Shown: in pieces, positions 48,810-60,600 of the stretch
Numbering within the stretch: the first letter of the stretch is position 1
How the letters are laid out: each line of letters opens with the position of its first letter
NCBI GenBank assembly: GCA_037447605.1
Contig: CM074809.1
Location: 2,842,689-2,906,688, forward strand
Reading direction: 5' to 3'
DNA: 64,000 nt
From: Zygnema circumcarinatum SAG 698-1b
Lineage: Eukaryota > Plantae > Zygnematophyceae
The notes under the pieces: model-generated
Told to the model about the DNA's origin: nothing
Databases searched by the model: none
What the model saw: only the letters and a program-made list of their open reading frames with translations
Position numbers and translations under genes: made by a program

Positions 48810-49802
48810 GGTGTGTTCCCATTTGGTCTATGTGCAAATTCTTCTGCACACGTTCTTATTTTTTTTGCTTCGATCGGTTTTTGTTCATGCACCTTTTATG
48901 CTAATCCTATTGCACAGTGTTCCATTGAAGGGCTTTTCAAAGGGAATTTGGGTAAAGGAAGCAGTTGAACCGGCTTTGAGTGAATAGTGTTAAATCAAAT
49001 TGCAATGTATATTGTATGGGTGGCTTCGCTTAATGATACTGGATTTTCGTGAATAGCTTCTGCATCTCCTTGGGCAATTTCGCTTCTTCAGAACTTGGCC
49101 TGTTTGCATAGACTTCGGGGTAGTGTTCTGGCTGTGTATCAAGTTCGTGCTTCGGAAAGCTGTGCAGCTGTTGAACTAGTGCTGGTTTGGCCGTCATCTT
49201 TACGAACTTGTGGAGCCATATACATTCAATCGAATGTGAAAAAGCAATTCGACGAATGAAGCACTCTCTGCCTTAACGTGTCTGACTGTTTTCGTTGATT
49301 TTTGTCATGCTTTTTCCCATGCAGAGCTCTTCCAGCAGTCGGCCACAGGTCTGCTTCGTGATGATGTCCAGTGTAAACTGGTGACCGTAAATTTGGGGAT
49401 ACTAGAGAAAAAATGTAATTATCATGTTTAATGGGGTTCTTTCCTTGTTCTGGGAAAGTGGAGGATTGACACGTCACCGTGATAAGGCTAAATCTTAGAC
49501 TCCTTTGCGGTGGAGAGGGACAGGTAGGACCTGTTGTAAGTGGGCTTTTGCTGATTATAGTACATGGTCCCCTTATGATTGGCCGATGTAAGCTGTGGAA
49601 CGAATAAAGTGATGATATATAGTAGTTTTTGCTGGCTGCTTGTGCTCCCACAGCTCATGGTCTCCCACTGGCATGCTCTGGATAGGCCATAAGATCCATT
49701 GTCCATAAGATAGCTAAAAAGTTCCATCCTGAGGACCTTGAACCGGCAACTGGCAACCTTGAAAAGCTGGCCGATACGATCAGTCCGTCGGTTGGTTATC
49801 AG

Positions 49803-49855
49803 TAGCAAGCAGCAAGCAGCAAGCAGCAAGCAGCAAGCAGCAAGCAGCAAGCAAG
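49803..49855. repeat. (AGCAAGC)n heptamer microsatellite
   Basis: About 7 units, read directly. Confidence 0.92.
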
Positions 49856-50127
49856 GCCCCTATACTGTAAGGCTGAGGTTTGTGAACATGTTTTGGTATT
49901 TCGAATAGTTCTAAGGGGTGAGTTAAACAAACGCCACTACCACCAGCTAATTCCTAAAAACAGGGACGGGCCATTGGGTTGCAACTTTGTGCCTGAATCA
50001 CACTTCAAGTTTGCAACCTGAATACATAGGGTTTTTTCGTTAGGAACAATCGTGAGTTCAGTGCTACAGCTACCTCTCTTTCGCCAGGATTTCACTTGAT
50101 GCACAACCATTCGCTAACCACTAGAAT

Positions 50128-50375
50128 GGTAACCAACCATTGGCAGTGGTTTTATCTGGTCATCCAACCAATGACTTCGACCATGAGCAATAGGTGGCTA
50201 GGCCTGATGCCAATGATTCGATCAGTTGGCAATGGTTGTCCGCCCATCAATGGTTCCAACCTTGGGAGGGGGTATGGGAAGGGTGGGATCGTGGGAGGGG
50301 GACGGGGAGGGGGACGGGGAGGGGGAGGGGTCGCACCCTATGGCTGCCAACCATTGGAAATTGTTGGAACCATTG
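50128..50375. repeat. CCAATGG/CCATTGG-motif element with a 13-bp inverted repeat flanking a G-rich tract
   Basis: CAATGGTTCCAAC (50248-50260) and GTTGGAACCATTG (50363-50375) enclose multiple GGG runs. It shares ATGGTTCCAACC with the lead-in to the 47-bp array (about 46349). Confidence 0.65.
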
Positions 50376-51530
50376 TCTACCCAGATAGTGCTAAAATTAG
50401 CTGCCGAGTGGCAGGTTTGAATTTGCTTCTTACCATTCTATGGAGGCGACATGTTGTACTCATGACATCACCAATTACCATCCACTATGGCGGCTATTAC
50501 TACTACTTGTGGCTGCTTCTAGAGCCGTGTTCGTAGGCCCAGAACCAGAGTTCCGCTTATTGTTTTTATTTTCTCCATTGGTCGTTTGTGACCGGTTCCC
50601 CTTGGTTTTCCATATTTTTCTGTTTCCATGTACTTTGATTGCATCGCCATCGTGCTATAGTCAAAGGTTTTACACAGTAGCACAATTGAATAGGCTTATT
50701 CTGCCAAACCACTACGAGAACATATACAATCTTAGATTTGTGTTGGAGAACCTTTAGGGTGCTTTTCACTGGTGAGGAAGGAGTTGGAGGTCACACTAGT
50801 GCTGTCTCTGATCTCTAACAACCCCTCCAACTTTCTCATATGCGCTCGTTTCCACTTCCAGTCCCTTTCCCTTCCACGCATGTTCACATTACAGGAAGCC
50901 ATTCGATGCAACAAACAAGCTTTCCCATTTCTTTTTGAGTTTGAAATGAGAAATTCCAAACAACGGCTCCTCTCCCCTGACTTCCAACAATCCAGCCGCA
51001 AGGCCATGCTCTACCTCCTCCAGCCACGGACACCCCTCTGATATGTACAGCACAGGCAGAGGGCTCCCCCTCCAGTAAGCAGCTCTAAATAACACATGCC
51101 TCTCTCCAAAATTAGCAATGCTTCTCAGTCTACAAAACATACCATGTTGTCTCCAGTCCTTCGTTCCAGAAACGTATTTTGATTCAGGATTCACTACTTT
51201 TGATGAACGCAGAGTACTTTGTCAAATGAAAGAAAATATGCAGGAAAGAACAAATGGGAAGGTCTCCACTCCCTTCCAATTGTGGTATGGCGGAGCTCAC
51301 TTTCCATGAACTTTTGCCACCCTCAATGAGTCTTAATCTTGCGCTTATCCCTTTCAAAAAATCAGAGGAAAGAAAACTTAACTAGAACTGCGCACCTCTT
51401 ATTCCAGCTGTCTTCAGTCTTTTAATTCCCGCCCCACCCCCCTCCCACTTTCCCAACCCCCCTTCCCAAGTAAGTGCTAAAACTTCACTTCATTCAAATT
51501 CCCAGCTTCCAAACTTCACGGAGTCGCTCC

Positions 51531-53220
51531 TTACTTGACATTTGACCACAACATGTAGCGCCTGCGCATTTGATACATTTTTGTACGCTGGGTCGAAGAG
51601 AGGCCGCGCGACCATTGCCGGTCATAGACACACTTGGGAGTACGCCTCTTGCTTTTGTAGCGGCACACATTTCTGAAGTTTATATCTGATATGTAGAATT
51701 TGAAAGGCTGATGGGAATAGTCCGCCTTAATTCTTCCCCCATCCGTTGCCCATTGGGAGGCATCCCACATAGACATCTGCGGCACCACCATCCACCAGAA
51801 GAATCGCTCAGCCGAACAGGAGTGACATGCTTAAAGAGCAAAAAAAATCTTCATGCAGTGGAAATAACGATTTGACAGTCATCCTCACCTGAAGGTACAT
51901 GGGCTTGTTCGGATAACTGATCCTTCCATTCCGGACACGTCTTGTAGTTTCTCTCAACGGAATGCCATCCACAGACCACTGAATATGATTCCTGCCCCAC
52001 CATATTGTGTATGTGTGGAAGCGCTCGGCCGGGTCAAACCATAACTTGAACTGCAAGAGCTCACCAGAGAAACGACCTTGTCAGAGCACGCTGCTTCAAA
52101 AGAAGAAAAAGAACGAGAAATAGAGCAAAACCCTTCTCTGACGTTGCAGCTCAATAATAGCAAGTGCAGCTTTCAAGATTCGAAGGACGGTGGATCACAC
52201 AAGCAGCCTACTACAGGATCGAGGGCAATGGTGATGACTTGTGCAGCAAAAAATGTCAAGGAGGGTGGGAGCTAAGCACTTGCAAGCTGAGGACGCTGCT
52301 CCTCCCCTCCCCCCCCTTTTGCTAAACCAGTCGAGGCGAACAAAAAGCCTCCGAAGACCCTCTAGCCCTCTGACTTAGGGTGCACAGGGCTCAAAGGTTC
52401 TTAAGAAAAGCATATAAAACGCCGATTGAACCATCAAAGAAACCAGCATAAGGACATGTAGCAGCGGATGAAGAGAAGAAACTGCAAATCACTTGACCAA
52501 GAACTCAGCGACTTGAGCAAGTTGAGATCCTTCATCCTTTAACCACAACCCTACATAGTAGGAGTTATAGACTTACTCCCTCTTCGTGGACGCCTTGTCC
52601 TCTTCCCTGCGCGTAGTAATTGGTGGCTAAAATGATCTTTTTTGATTCTGTGTGGCCTAAAAATTCAAGATCAACTTCATCCCTTGTGCGCCAGGCCTTA
52701 TCTTCATGGCCGCTCGATGTCAAGTATATGGCTGAGACAATGCCGGCAGAAAATCCCGCGGGGAGCTTCACCCTGAAGCTGAAAGCGCCGAATAAAAATC
52801 TACTTTTTGTGCGTACAGCTGCAAAGTATCACATGCAGTGAACGTTCAAAATCGATTATTTGATCAAAAGCCGCAGGGCAATAAGAGCTTCACATTCAGA
52901 CAGCATTCCTTTTTTCCAAATAATCAATCTGGTGAAATGCACCCCTTCATACAAAGCACCGTCCAATGTGAAACATTGACACTACAGGGCAGCCCCGTCA
53001 CCCTGCAAACCCTAACCTGCTCACCTGCAGAATCATACTGCAGCTTGGAAAGACTGATCGTCCCATTCGAGAAGCGCGACACCAAGGTCGGCGAAAAATT
53101 AGTAAAGTACTTGTCAAGCGCAGTCGCAGCTGCTGTTGCATCTGCAGGTTGAGCCAGCTCCTGCACTGTCAGGATCAGAGCCAGAAAGCCTGCTGCCAAA
53201 TACGCGCACCTGCAAACCAT
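51531..53220 (-). CDS. XTH: Xyloglucan endotransglucosylase/hydrolase (GH16), 4 exons (53220-53025, 52818-52577, 52050-51889, 51776-51531)
   Basis: Signal-peptide-like start, [24 protein letters not shown], catalytic [15 protein letters not shown]...[42 protein letters not shown], and an XET C-terminal helix-like LSSTQRTKM. Confidence 0.95.
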
Positions 53221-53721
53221 GGCTGCCTCCTTCCTTCCTCACTCTCTCTCTCTCGCCTTCCGTCTCCTCTCACTACCTGCCCTCTCCTCCCCTCCGCAAC
53301 CTACCGCTTCAGTCCCCTCTGCTCTCTTATTCTCTCCTCTCTCTCTCTCTCTCTCTCGCTCCCTACTCCCCTCTCCCCACACCCTACCGTACTCCCCTTT
53401 CACCTCCCCCACCGCACTCACTCCCACCCCCGCTTTCTCCCTCCCAACAGTGGCGGCCGCCGCACGCGCGAAGGCAACGTGGCGGCCGCGGATTGGGCGG
53501 GAGTGTCGGACCGTTAGGCCGTACGGAATTCCGAGCGCGATCGGCGGCCGGGGGTTGGCGCGGACTCAATGGCCTTCCAAAGACCGCCGGCCCTTCGTAC
53601 AAAACTACGGACGTACTTTTGTACCGTACGGAGGGACGGACGGGTGGACGGGGCTGGCGAGCCTGCTACGCTTCCGCCGGGCGCGGCGACCGGGCGAAAT
53701 TTCGGTCAAACTTGAAAGAAA

Positions 53722-55082
53722 CGGACGGTCAAAGGTGGCTTGGGCAGCTCGGGCGCGCCTCTGATTGGCCCGTGGCGGCAACGGGCAAGGGGGAGAAATT
53801 CCACGAGTAAAAATTTGACTGCCCGTGCGGGTGGATGTACGAACGGTCCGATCCGCCACCCCGCGAGATCCCAACGGCAGCAGCTGGCGGGCGCTGGATT
53901 GGGAGCGCGCCGCCGCGATCGCTCGTGTGCCGACATATTTCAGCCAACCGGGGTGCGACGCGTGGTCAAGTTATGTCCGTACAGCACAGCCCGGCTGGAG
54001 TGGCGACAAACGGGCGGTCGCAAGTGGGCGCGGCGGAGGAGATCTTGCGGCGGCGATCGGCCCAGAACCCGCCGAACGCGGGAAGCCGTACGATTGGTTG
54101 TCGGTGGCGGCGGCGCGGAGGGGTCGCCAGAGTCAAAATTACCTTGTCGCGATCGCGGGCACCGGTCGGGTAAAGACCGCCGTATGAATCGGACGGCCAT
54201 GTCGTGGTCCGTGTTGAACAAGACTGGTCGTCGCGTTCCATGCGCGCCAGTTACGGAAGCCGTTACAGGCGCAGACTTGACCTGCAAGCGTGGAGTCTAC
54301 GTCTTTCAAAGAGATCAAGGCAGAGTTGGACAGGACGGACCTGCCTCAAGGCCTTGTTGAACAAAAACATGGAGTCTAGGGAAGTGATTCTAGGCTGATG
54401 GCCTCCTAGAGGTTGGGCTTGGTTATCGAGAACCAACTTACAAGGCATGAGCACCTTCGGGTCTACAAAGCAGGCGAGTAGGAGGAGGGGTGATGGCACC
54501 CTCCGCGCAGCAAATTTGTGAAAGCAGCAACGTAGGACATAGGGAGACCATGTTTCTGTAAGCTTCCACAACAAGTTTGGCGAGGCTGCGATCATGATTC
54601 ACCCCTTTGTTTCGTCCATGTAGTAAAAAGAACATCCATAGGCTCCAAATGCGAGGTACAGAAATTATGAGCTAAGCAAGGTGTGGTGTGGACAGGGACA
54701 ATAGGACATTTGGTCGTGTAGCTGGGACTTATTTTTGGCTTTGCTTACGAAGCCAGAGGAGGAACCATTTAAAACTCTGCGTTGTACGGACAGAACTTGG
54801 CCACGCGTCGCACCCCGGTTGGCTGAATTATGTCGGCGCACATGTGATCGCGGCGGCTCGCTCTCCAATCCAGCGCCCGCCAGCTGCTGCCGTTGTGGAT
54901 CTCGCGGGGCGGCGGATCGGACCGTTCGTACATCGCACTCGTCCGTACATCCGTGCGCACGGGCAGTCAAATTTTTGCTCGTGGAATTTCTCGCCCGTGC
55001 CACTTTGCCGCCGAGGGCCAATCAGAGGCGCGCCAGAGCTGCCCGAGCTGCCCGAGCTGCCCGAGCCACCTTTGACCGTCCG
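53722..55082. mobile_element. Foldback element with about 270-300-bp inverted arms and an about 790-bp spacer
   Basis: Arms at 53722-53988 and 54776-55082 are reverse complements with high identity (e.g. CAGCCAACCGGGGTGCGACGCGTGG/CCACGCGTCGCACCCCGGTTGGCTG). The right arm has an extra 9-bp GAGCTGCCC tandem expansion. No TSD identified. Confidence 0.82.
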
Positions 55083-55420
55083 CTCTTTTCTTTTTCATCC
55101 CAAGGTCCAATGTGGACCATCGAGATCATAAGACCAATTAACGGAGCTGTCCGCACTGTAACTATAACTGTTTGTATGCACATGCGCCGAAAGGTAACTG
55201 GCCAAGTATTCCATATGAAACTGGTCGCTGCCCGACGGGAGACAACCGCCATGTTCCATGTGTTGTTTTTCACGGGGTCCATCTTCTGTTCCGTGCGCGT
55301 TGTTCCAGTTCCGAGAAGTAAAACCGATTTCCCACATTTGTTACGGAACAAGCAAATGGGGTCTCGAAGAGGCTGGTAAGGCGCGGAAGGGGCTTCGGGA
55401 GACCGGAGCAGGGAGCAGCC

Positions 55421-56244
55421 ATGGCTCTCTTCCCTCCTCTGCGGCCTCCGTCTCTGGAGGCTATGGCGGCAACGACGAGGCCGGCGCAGAGCGAAGAGGC
55501 GCTTTTGGCGCAGGAGGAGGCGCAGTATGAGGCGCAGGTGAGGCCGCACTCCCCTGCTGCTAGCTGCGCTGTGTCGGAGGACAACGCAGGTTGATCATGG
55601 TGCCAAGGAAGGTGCAAAATTCAAATGAGCTTTTCTTAAGTATGCTTTTCTGCACGATCGTATTTCTCAAGTGTGCGGAATAACGCATGTGGACTCTCTC
55701 AATATGATTCTGTTCGTGCGGTTTATGATTTTCGCTGATGAAAGTCAACTTCACTTTCGAATGTGATGCACATTCCTCGGTATAATGTTGAAAAAGGCAG
55801 CTGATAGGGCGTGCTTATGGCGTTCAGCCGCATATGGACGTTTTTTTGTGACGGATTGAGCTTCGTAATGAGTTGTTTCTTTCATCCTGCCCTTGAAACC
55901 AGTAGCTACTTCTTATGAAGAAGTATATGCATAAGTGAGTATGTTCGAAAGAGAAAAAAAAATGATGGCAACTTCACAATGGTGCATTTTCAAGAGTCAT
56001 TTGGGGTTCGTCATACAGACTGAAGTGATGCTGTGTTGCAGATAAAATAGCACACGTTTCAGTTCTGCAAAGAAAGGGATGGATGGTGCAGCTGACGGAA
56101 ATTCGTACAGCCAACCAGGATGTGCTTCCTATCGGTCGAAGCGGACTTGAGAAAGAGCCGGAATTCGATGGCCTCCCAGATGAAGCAGATGCAGACACAG
56201 GCGAGCCGGATAGTGATGACGATTTTGGTCACGAAGCGTCATAA
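55421..56244 (+). CDS. APC15: Anaphase-promoting complex subunit 15, 89 aa, 2 exons (55421-55537, 56092-56244)
   Basis: Phase-0 splice gives MALFPPLRPP...EEALLAQEEAQYEAQ|LTEIRTANQDVLPIGRSG followed by an acidic tail. This matches the recalled ANAPC15 pattern 'LFP.L.P...E..L...E......L..I......L.PIGK + D/E tail'. Absent from the ORF track. Confidence 0.8.
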
Positions 56245-57692
56245 CCACCTTGTTATGGAGCCTGATGAATTTTTTGAAGATGTATGAACGTTGGAATACC
56301 TCTTCTCTATCTCTTGTTTCCATTAGGGTTATTTGGCCTGAGCCTAGTTTTCAAGAAGACCCACAAGCTGCGTGAAGCAAAATACGGCCCCGTGGAGACA
56401 GAAGTCTCGCTCAAATGTCTGACAAAAGTTCCGTCCTCTCCAGTGCAAGCCTTTGGCGGCCTATTGTGTGGGTAAGCTGTCGCATGCCTCCAAGCTTAAC
56501 CCTCACTTATTAACCGCAGAATGCAACCTTGAGATTTCATCGTTTCGGAATCCATATGTCTGATTTTTGAGCTTTGAAGGAGGTGCATTGTTGTTCCACA
56601 TACAGCTAAGTTAATCTGTTTGCTTAGAAATGTCCGAAGCAATGTCATTCGACTGATGTAGTCACCGCCATCTTCGTTGCTTTCAGTTTCCCAGGGTGTA
56701 CTTCTCCCCATTACGTTGAAGATCAGGACAACGGGGCGTATTGGCAACCACTGTGCTTCATATGGCTAGAAAGTTGAGCAGTCAATTTTACCAAAGACTA
56801 TAGCTCGGCATACTTCCTTTACAAGGTCAAACATATACTTTCTATAGTAAAGCGGTTCCCAGAGCTAAGACCGCTCGTTATTGTTATGGCTGTGGTTGCT
56901 AACCATGTCGTCAACTTTTGGTATGCAATCCGTGCCTTCGATGTTTTTCCGTAAATGATTCTGTTTTGGAAGTGCTCCAGTTGCAAATTTTGAAAGTATT
57001 TGCAATATGCTGAAATCTCTCGAACATTCTTCTTGCAAGGCGAATGCTGGAACTTTCCAGTGGCAAAATTGGGTGGAATAAATTTGATGCAAACGCGTCA
57101 CTTCATGGCTCCTAAAACTGAACATGTTAATGGTTCTAGTATAAAATTCGGCACAGGATTCGACAAAGAGGGCTGCTCTCTTTCTAGCTTGTATTGCACA
57201 TGGCAGAAGTCCAAGAAAGTGGACTTGCTATACTCCAAACTAAAATCCGCTGTATTGTACACATAGACACGGGCTATAACAGATATGACCTGCTTATTTC
57301 TGAGGATTCTCGTTTGGAAAAAACTAGGGGAATGAATGTGCTCCAAATGTCAAAGAGATGTCTAATTTATATGTGAGCCAAGGACGCCGGCGTCTTGTGC
57401 AGTTTTCTCAGAAGTTTGAAGGCGGCATGGAAGAGAGCGCCCCTCACACGCCCACCTGCGTTTAGAGCGTTCGCTTCACAGACGTGCCTGATTAAAAATC
57501 ATCCAAAGGAAGAAAAAGTCAAACCCTGATCCAGGTCCTGCCCCAAACCCTGAATGCCGGGGATACAATTTTTCTCAAAGAGACTCTCTGGCAGCTAATT
57601 TGCAAAGTCGAGAACAATCACTCTCTGACCCTGTTGCTACTGGTATCCATATATATATATATATAAAAATAACAAAAACCCAAAAAAAGTAG

Positions 57693-60600
57693 TTATCCAC
57701 AACGGTAAGGCCGCTTTGAATAGGGGTTGGTACCTTGCTGGTGCGTTGGGGGCAGCAGCAGGGCTGCGGGTGACCGAGGTTCCTTCTTTTGTACAGTCTC
57801 TGATTTTGATCCTACAAACCTTTCCTCCCCGTTGGGTCCTTCTCGGCCTCTGAAAGCTCCCTGCGCTGTGAGAATTTGAGACCGAGAGGGGCCTCTGGGA
57901 GGCGCTAAATGCAACTTCGAGGCAGAGTCGGCCAGCCGGACTCCCCGGCCTCTCTGTAGGCTGCTCAATCGAGCCAACTGCCAAAACAGAGAGGGGTGTG
58001 AGTCTTGAGAGGTATGCAGTATAGGGGCGGAGGCTACAATGAGGTCAACTTCTCTATGTTCCACTTGGTCAGAATGCGCAAGACTGTGATCTCTCGGGAA
58101 TTGGAACTTACTCTATGCTTTGCAGAGCTTGCCGATTGTAGCTGACTTTCTCGTTGGCTTTTTTTGGCCACTTCATTATGCCCATCGGGGCCCACCCCCC
58201 GTCCATCTGTTGTCAGTTGCTCTCCCGCGTCATCCCGCTCATGTTCCTTTAGTTCATTCCCAACAATTCGCCATCCGGTCGTTGCGAACTGCCTACACAG
58301 CGGACAGTGCCTTACTTCTCCATCGTGCCCTTCACTTTTCTCCCTTATTCGCCTGCATGCTCTATGAGCTACATGCCCGCAGGACCACACCTGTAAACCG
58401 GACAAGAGCCCACCATCTCGCCCAGTAACTGTCTCCTGCGAATCTCCACTGCTGTCGTCACCTTGCTCCCTCCCGCTATGTCTCGTTTCGCGGCTATTCA
58501 GATCTGTCTTCTCAAAGTTGAACTTTTGGCCGCAAGCACAACAAGACATGCTCCGTGCTGCAATGCCTGCTGCCCGTCCTTTTCGCAATACTTCCACCTT
58601 ACTGAACATGTCCGCTTCAATTAATCGCTTCACTGTGCCCTGCATACAGCTCAGACGACATAACTGGTAGGATAAGAACACCAGGTATTCCAGGCTTGCT
58701 TGTACAATAGCATACTCAACGAAAGTCAAATCGACGGCTTAACTGCAACGTCTCCCCCCTTCACGACCATTACAGAGACACAACCAACACAAACAATTAT
58801 CCAATGAAGAATGGCGTCTGTACTTACAAGAACACTGCACTCGAATGTGAGCCCTCCCAGCAAACTGAGCAAGAGGCCTTTGAAGTCTGCGCATTCATCC
58901 TGCGCATTGCGCTCCACGAGCTGTGCCAGCACAGCAGGTAGAGGCACATGCCCGCTCATGCCCTCCATAACCGTCACCAATAGCTCGACCAGAACGTGAC
59001 GCATCTCTTCTGCTGTTTTCCTGCTTCGGCTGCTCTGCCACCGTCTCTCCCCCGAACTACTCGTATGGTTTGCTAAAGCTGTGGACCTTTCATTCTGAAC
59101 GCTCCTTCCTAAATCTTGTGTCCCCACTGCTTGCTTCCGCCGCTCTTGGAGTTTTGCGCGTCGCTGGGCAGCCTCCTTTTTAACCTCACGAATAGGTGAC
59201 ACCAGTCTACAAAAAGGAATCCCCAGATATTTTTATGCCTTCTCTCCATGCCTCTTATTCACACACAAAATTCTACATCAGTCGAAGCAACCATGCGAGT
59301 GCAAGGACTTCAATCACCTCCGGCAGGGCATCCTCACAACAAACATTATGAAATTAAGTGTTAGAGCCCCTCCAGGAAGGAAGGCGACAGATGACACTCC
59401 ATGTGCTCTTTCGCTCTTTCGTCATCCACATGGGTTGAAAAGGCCCTGCCTTTAGCAGTATCATAAGAAAGTGACTAAATCGAGAGACGAAAGGTATTAC
59501 TAAAGGCTTACCATAGGCACTTTTGGCTATTACCAACATTTTACTCACATATTTCCATCATATAACTAATAGAAATATTCAAAAACTTTCATAAAACGAA
59601 AAGCAATTAATAGGAAATGGACAAGTGCCTCCCATTCAAGCAAATCCCAAATAAGCAAAACCCGAATATGCCGGATGAAATTCCAGTAACTCCCTTTTGG
59701 ACAGTGACGAACCCCGACAAACTGTCTACAGACAATGAGAAATCGCACAGGCCGGATTCCTGCTTTTGAGACCCACTTCACATCCAGTCCTGTCCGACTC
59801 ACCCGTCCATAAGCTGAAACCACAGCGCTTCCGCCTCCCTCTGCTGCAGCTGCTGCGTGTTCCGCTGACAGAAGGCAACAGCCATGTCGACCACTCCTTG
59901 CACTGCTGCCACCTGAGAAACAAACAGGCAGCTTTGAAAGCATTAAGGAGCTAGAGGGTGACAAGACGTTATCCACTTAGACCGAGGGAGTGGTAAACAC
60001 AGTCCTACAGAGAAGGAGCTAAATAGAAGGTATTGCGCTTCACAAGGAACACGCACTGACTAAAGGACTTTAAACGTAATACACGTACATCATCGGAAAT
60101 CCTTTCAGACATCACCCAAACTATAAGGACTACAATCAGTCAGACTGCCGGTTGAATTCAGCATGCAGAAAACAGTACGCAATCAAAACAAAGTTGATTG
60201 ACAACCAGGACGTCACACAAAAAGCAGCTTACTTCTGGTACTTTGGCTTGATTCTCCGACAGTTTGTCAGAGAAGTTGATCTTTTTGACATCGAGTCTGT
60301 TCAGCAATTTGCGGGCAATTGCAATGTCCATTGAGCGAATTTTGGCCTCCAAACTTGCGAGGACGAGGAGCAGCGCATCGGCGACCTTCCCCATGCGCTC
60401 AAGAAGGAACGCTGCAGCATCCGTGATCTTGTGCAGGACGCAAAGGGCCAAACAGTGCTCAAGGCGATACTTCTCATGGCTCTGAAGGAAGGGCAAAACG
60501 GCATGCGGCTCAAACCTGCACAAAAGCTGTCGCAAAGATACCCAATCATCAGCCATGCGCTCCGTCGTGAACACTGGCAATCATGCTTCAATTCATAAAC

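Noticed and set aside
49488-49850. ORF beginning MLLAACCLLLAACC
   Set aside because: It is a translation of the (AGCAAGC)n microsatellite.
53136-55379. Many overlapping 100-220-aa ORFs upstream of XTH
   Set aside because: These are stop-poor GC-rich foldback arms and CT repeats, mirrored on both strands, with no recognisable domain.
56284-56475. 63-aa ORF with a hydrophobic N-terminus
   Set aside because: It starts 40 bp after the APC15 stop (probable 3' UTR), with no homology recognised and no independent promoter signal.
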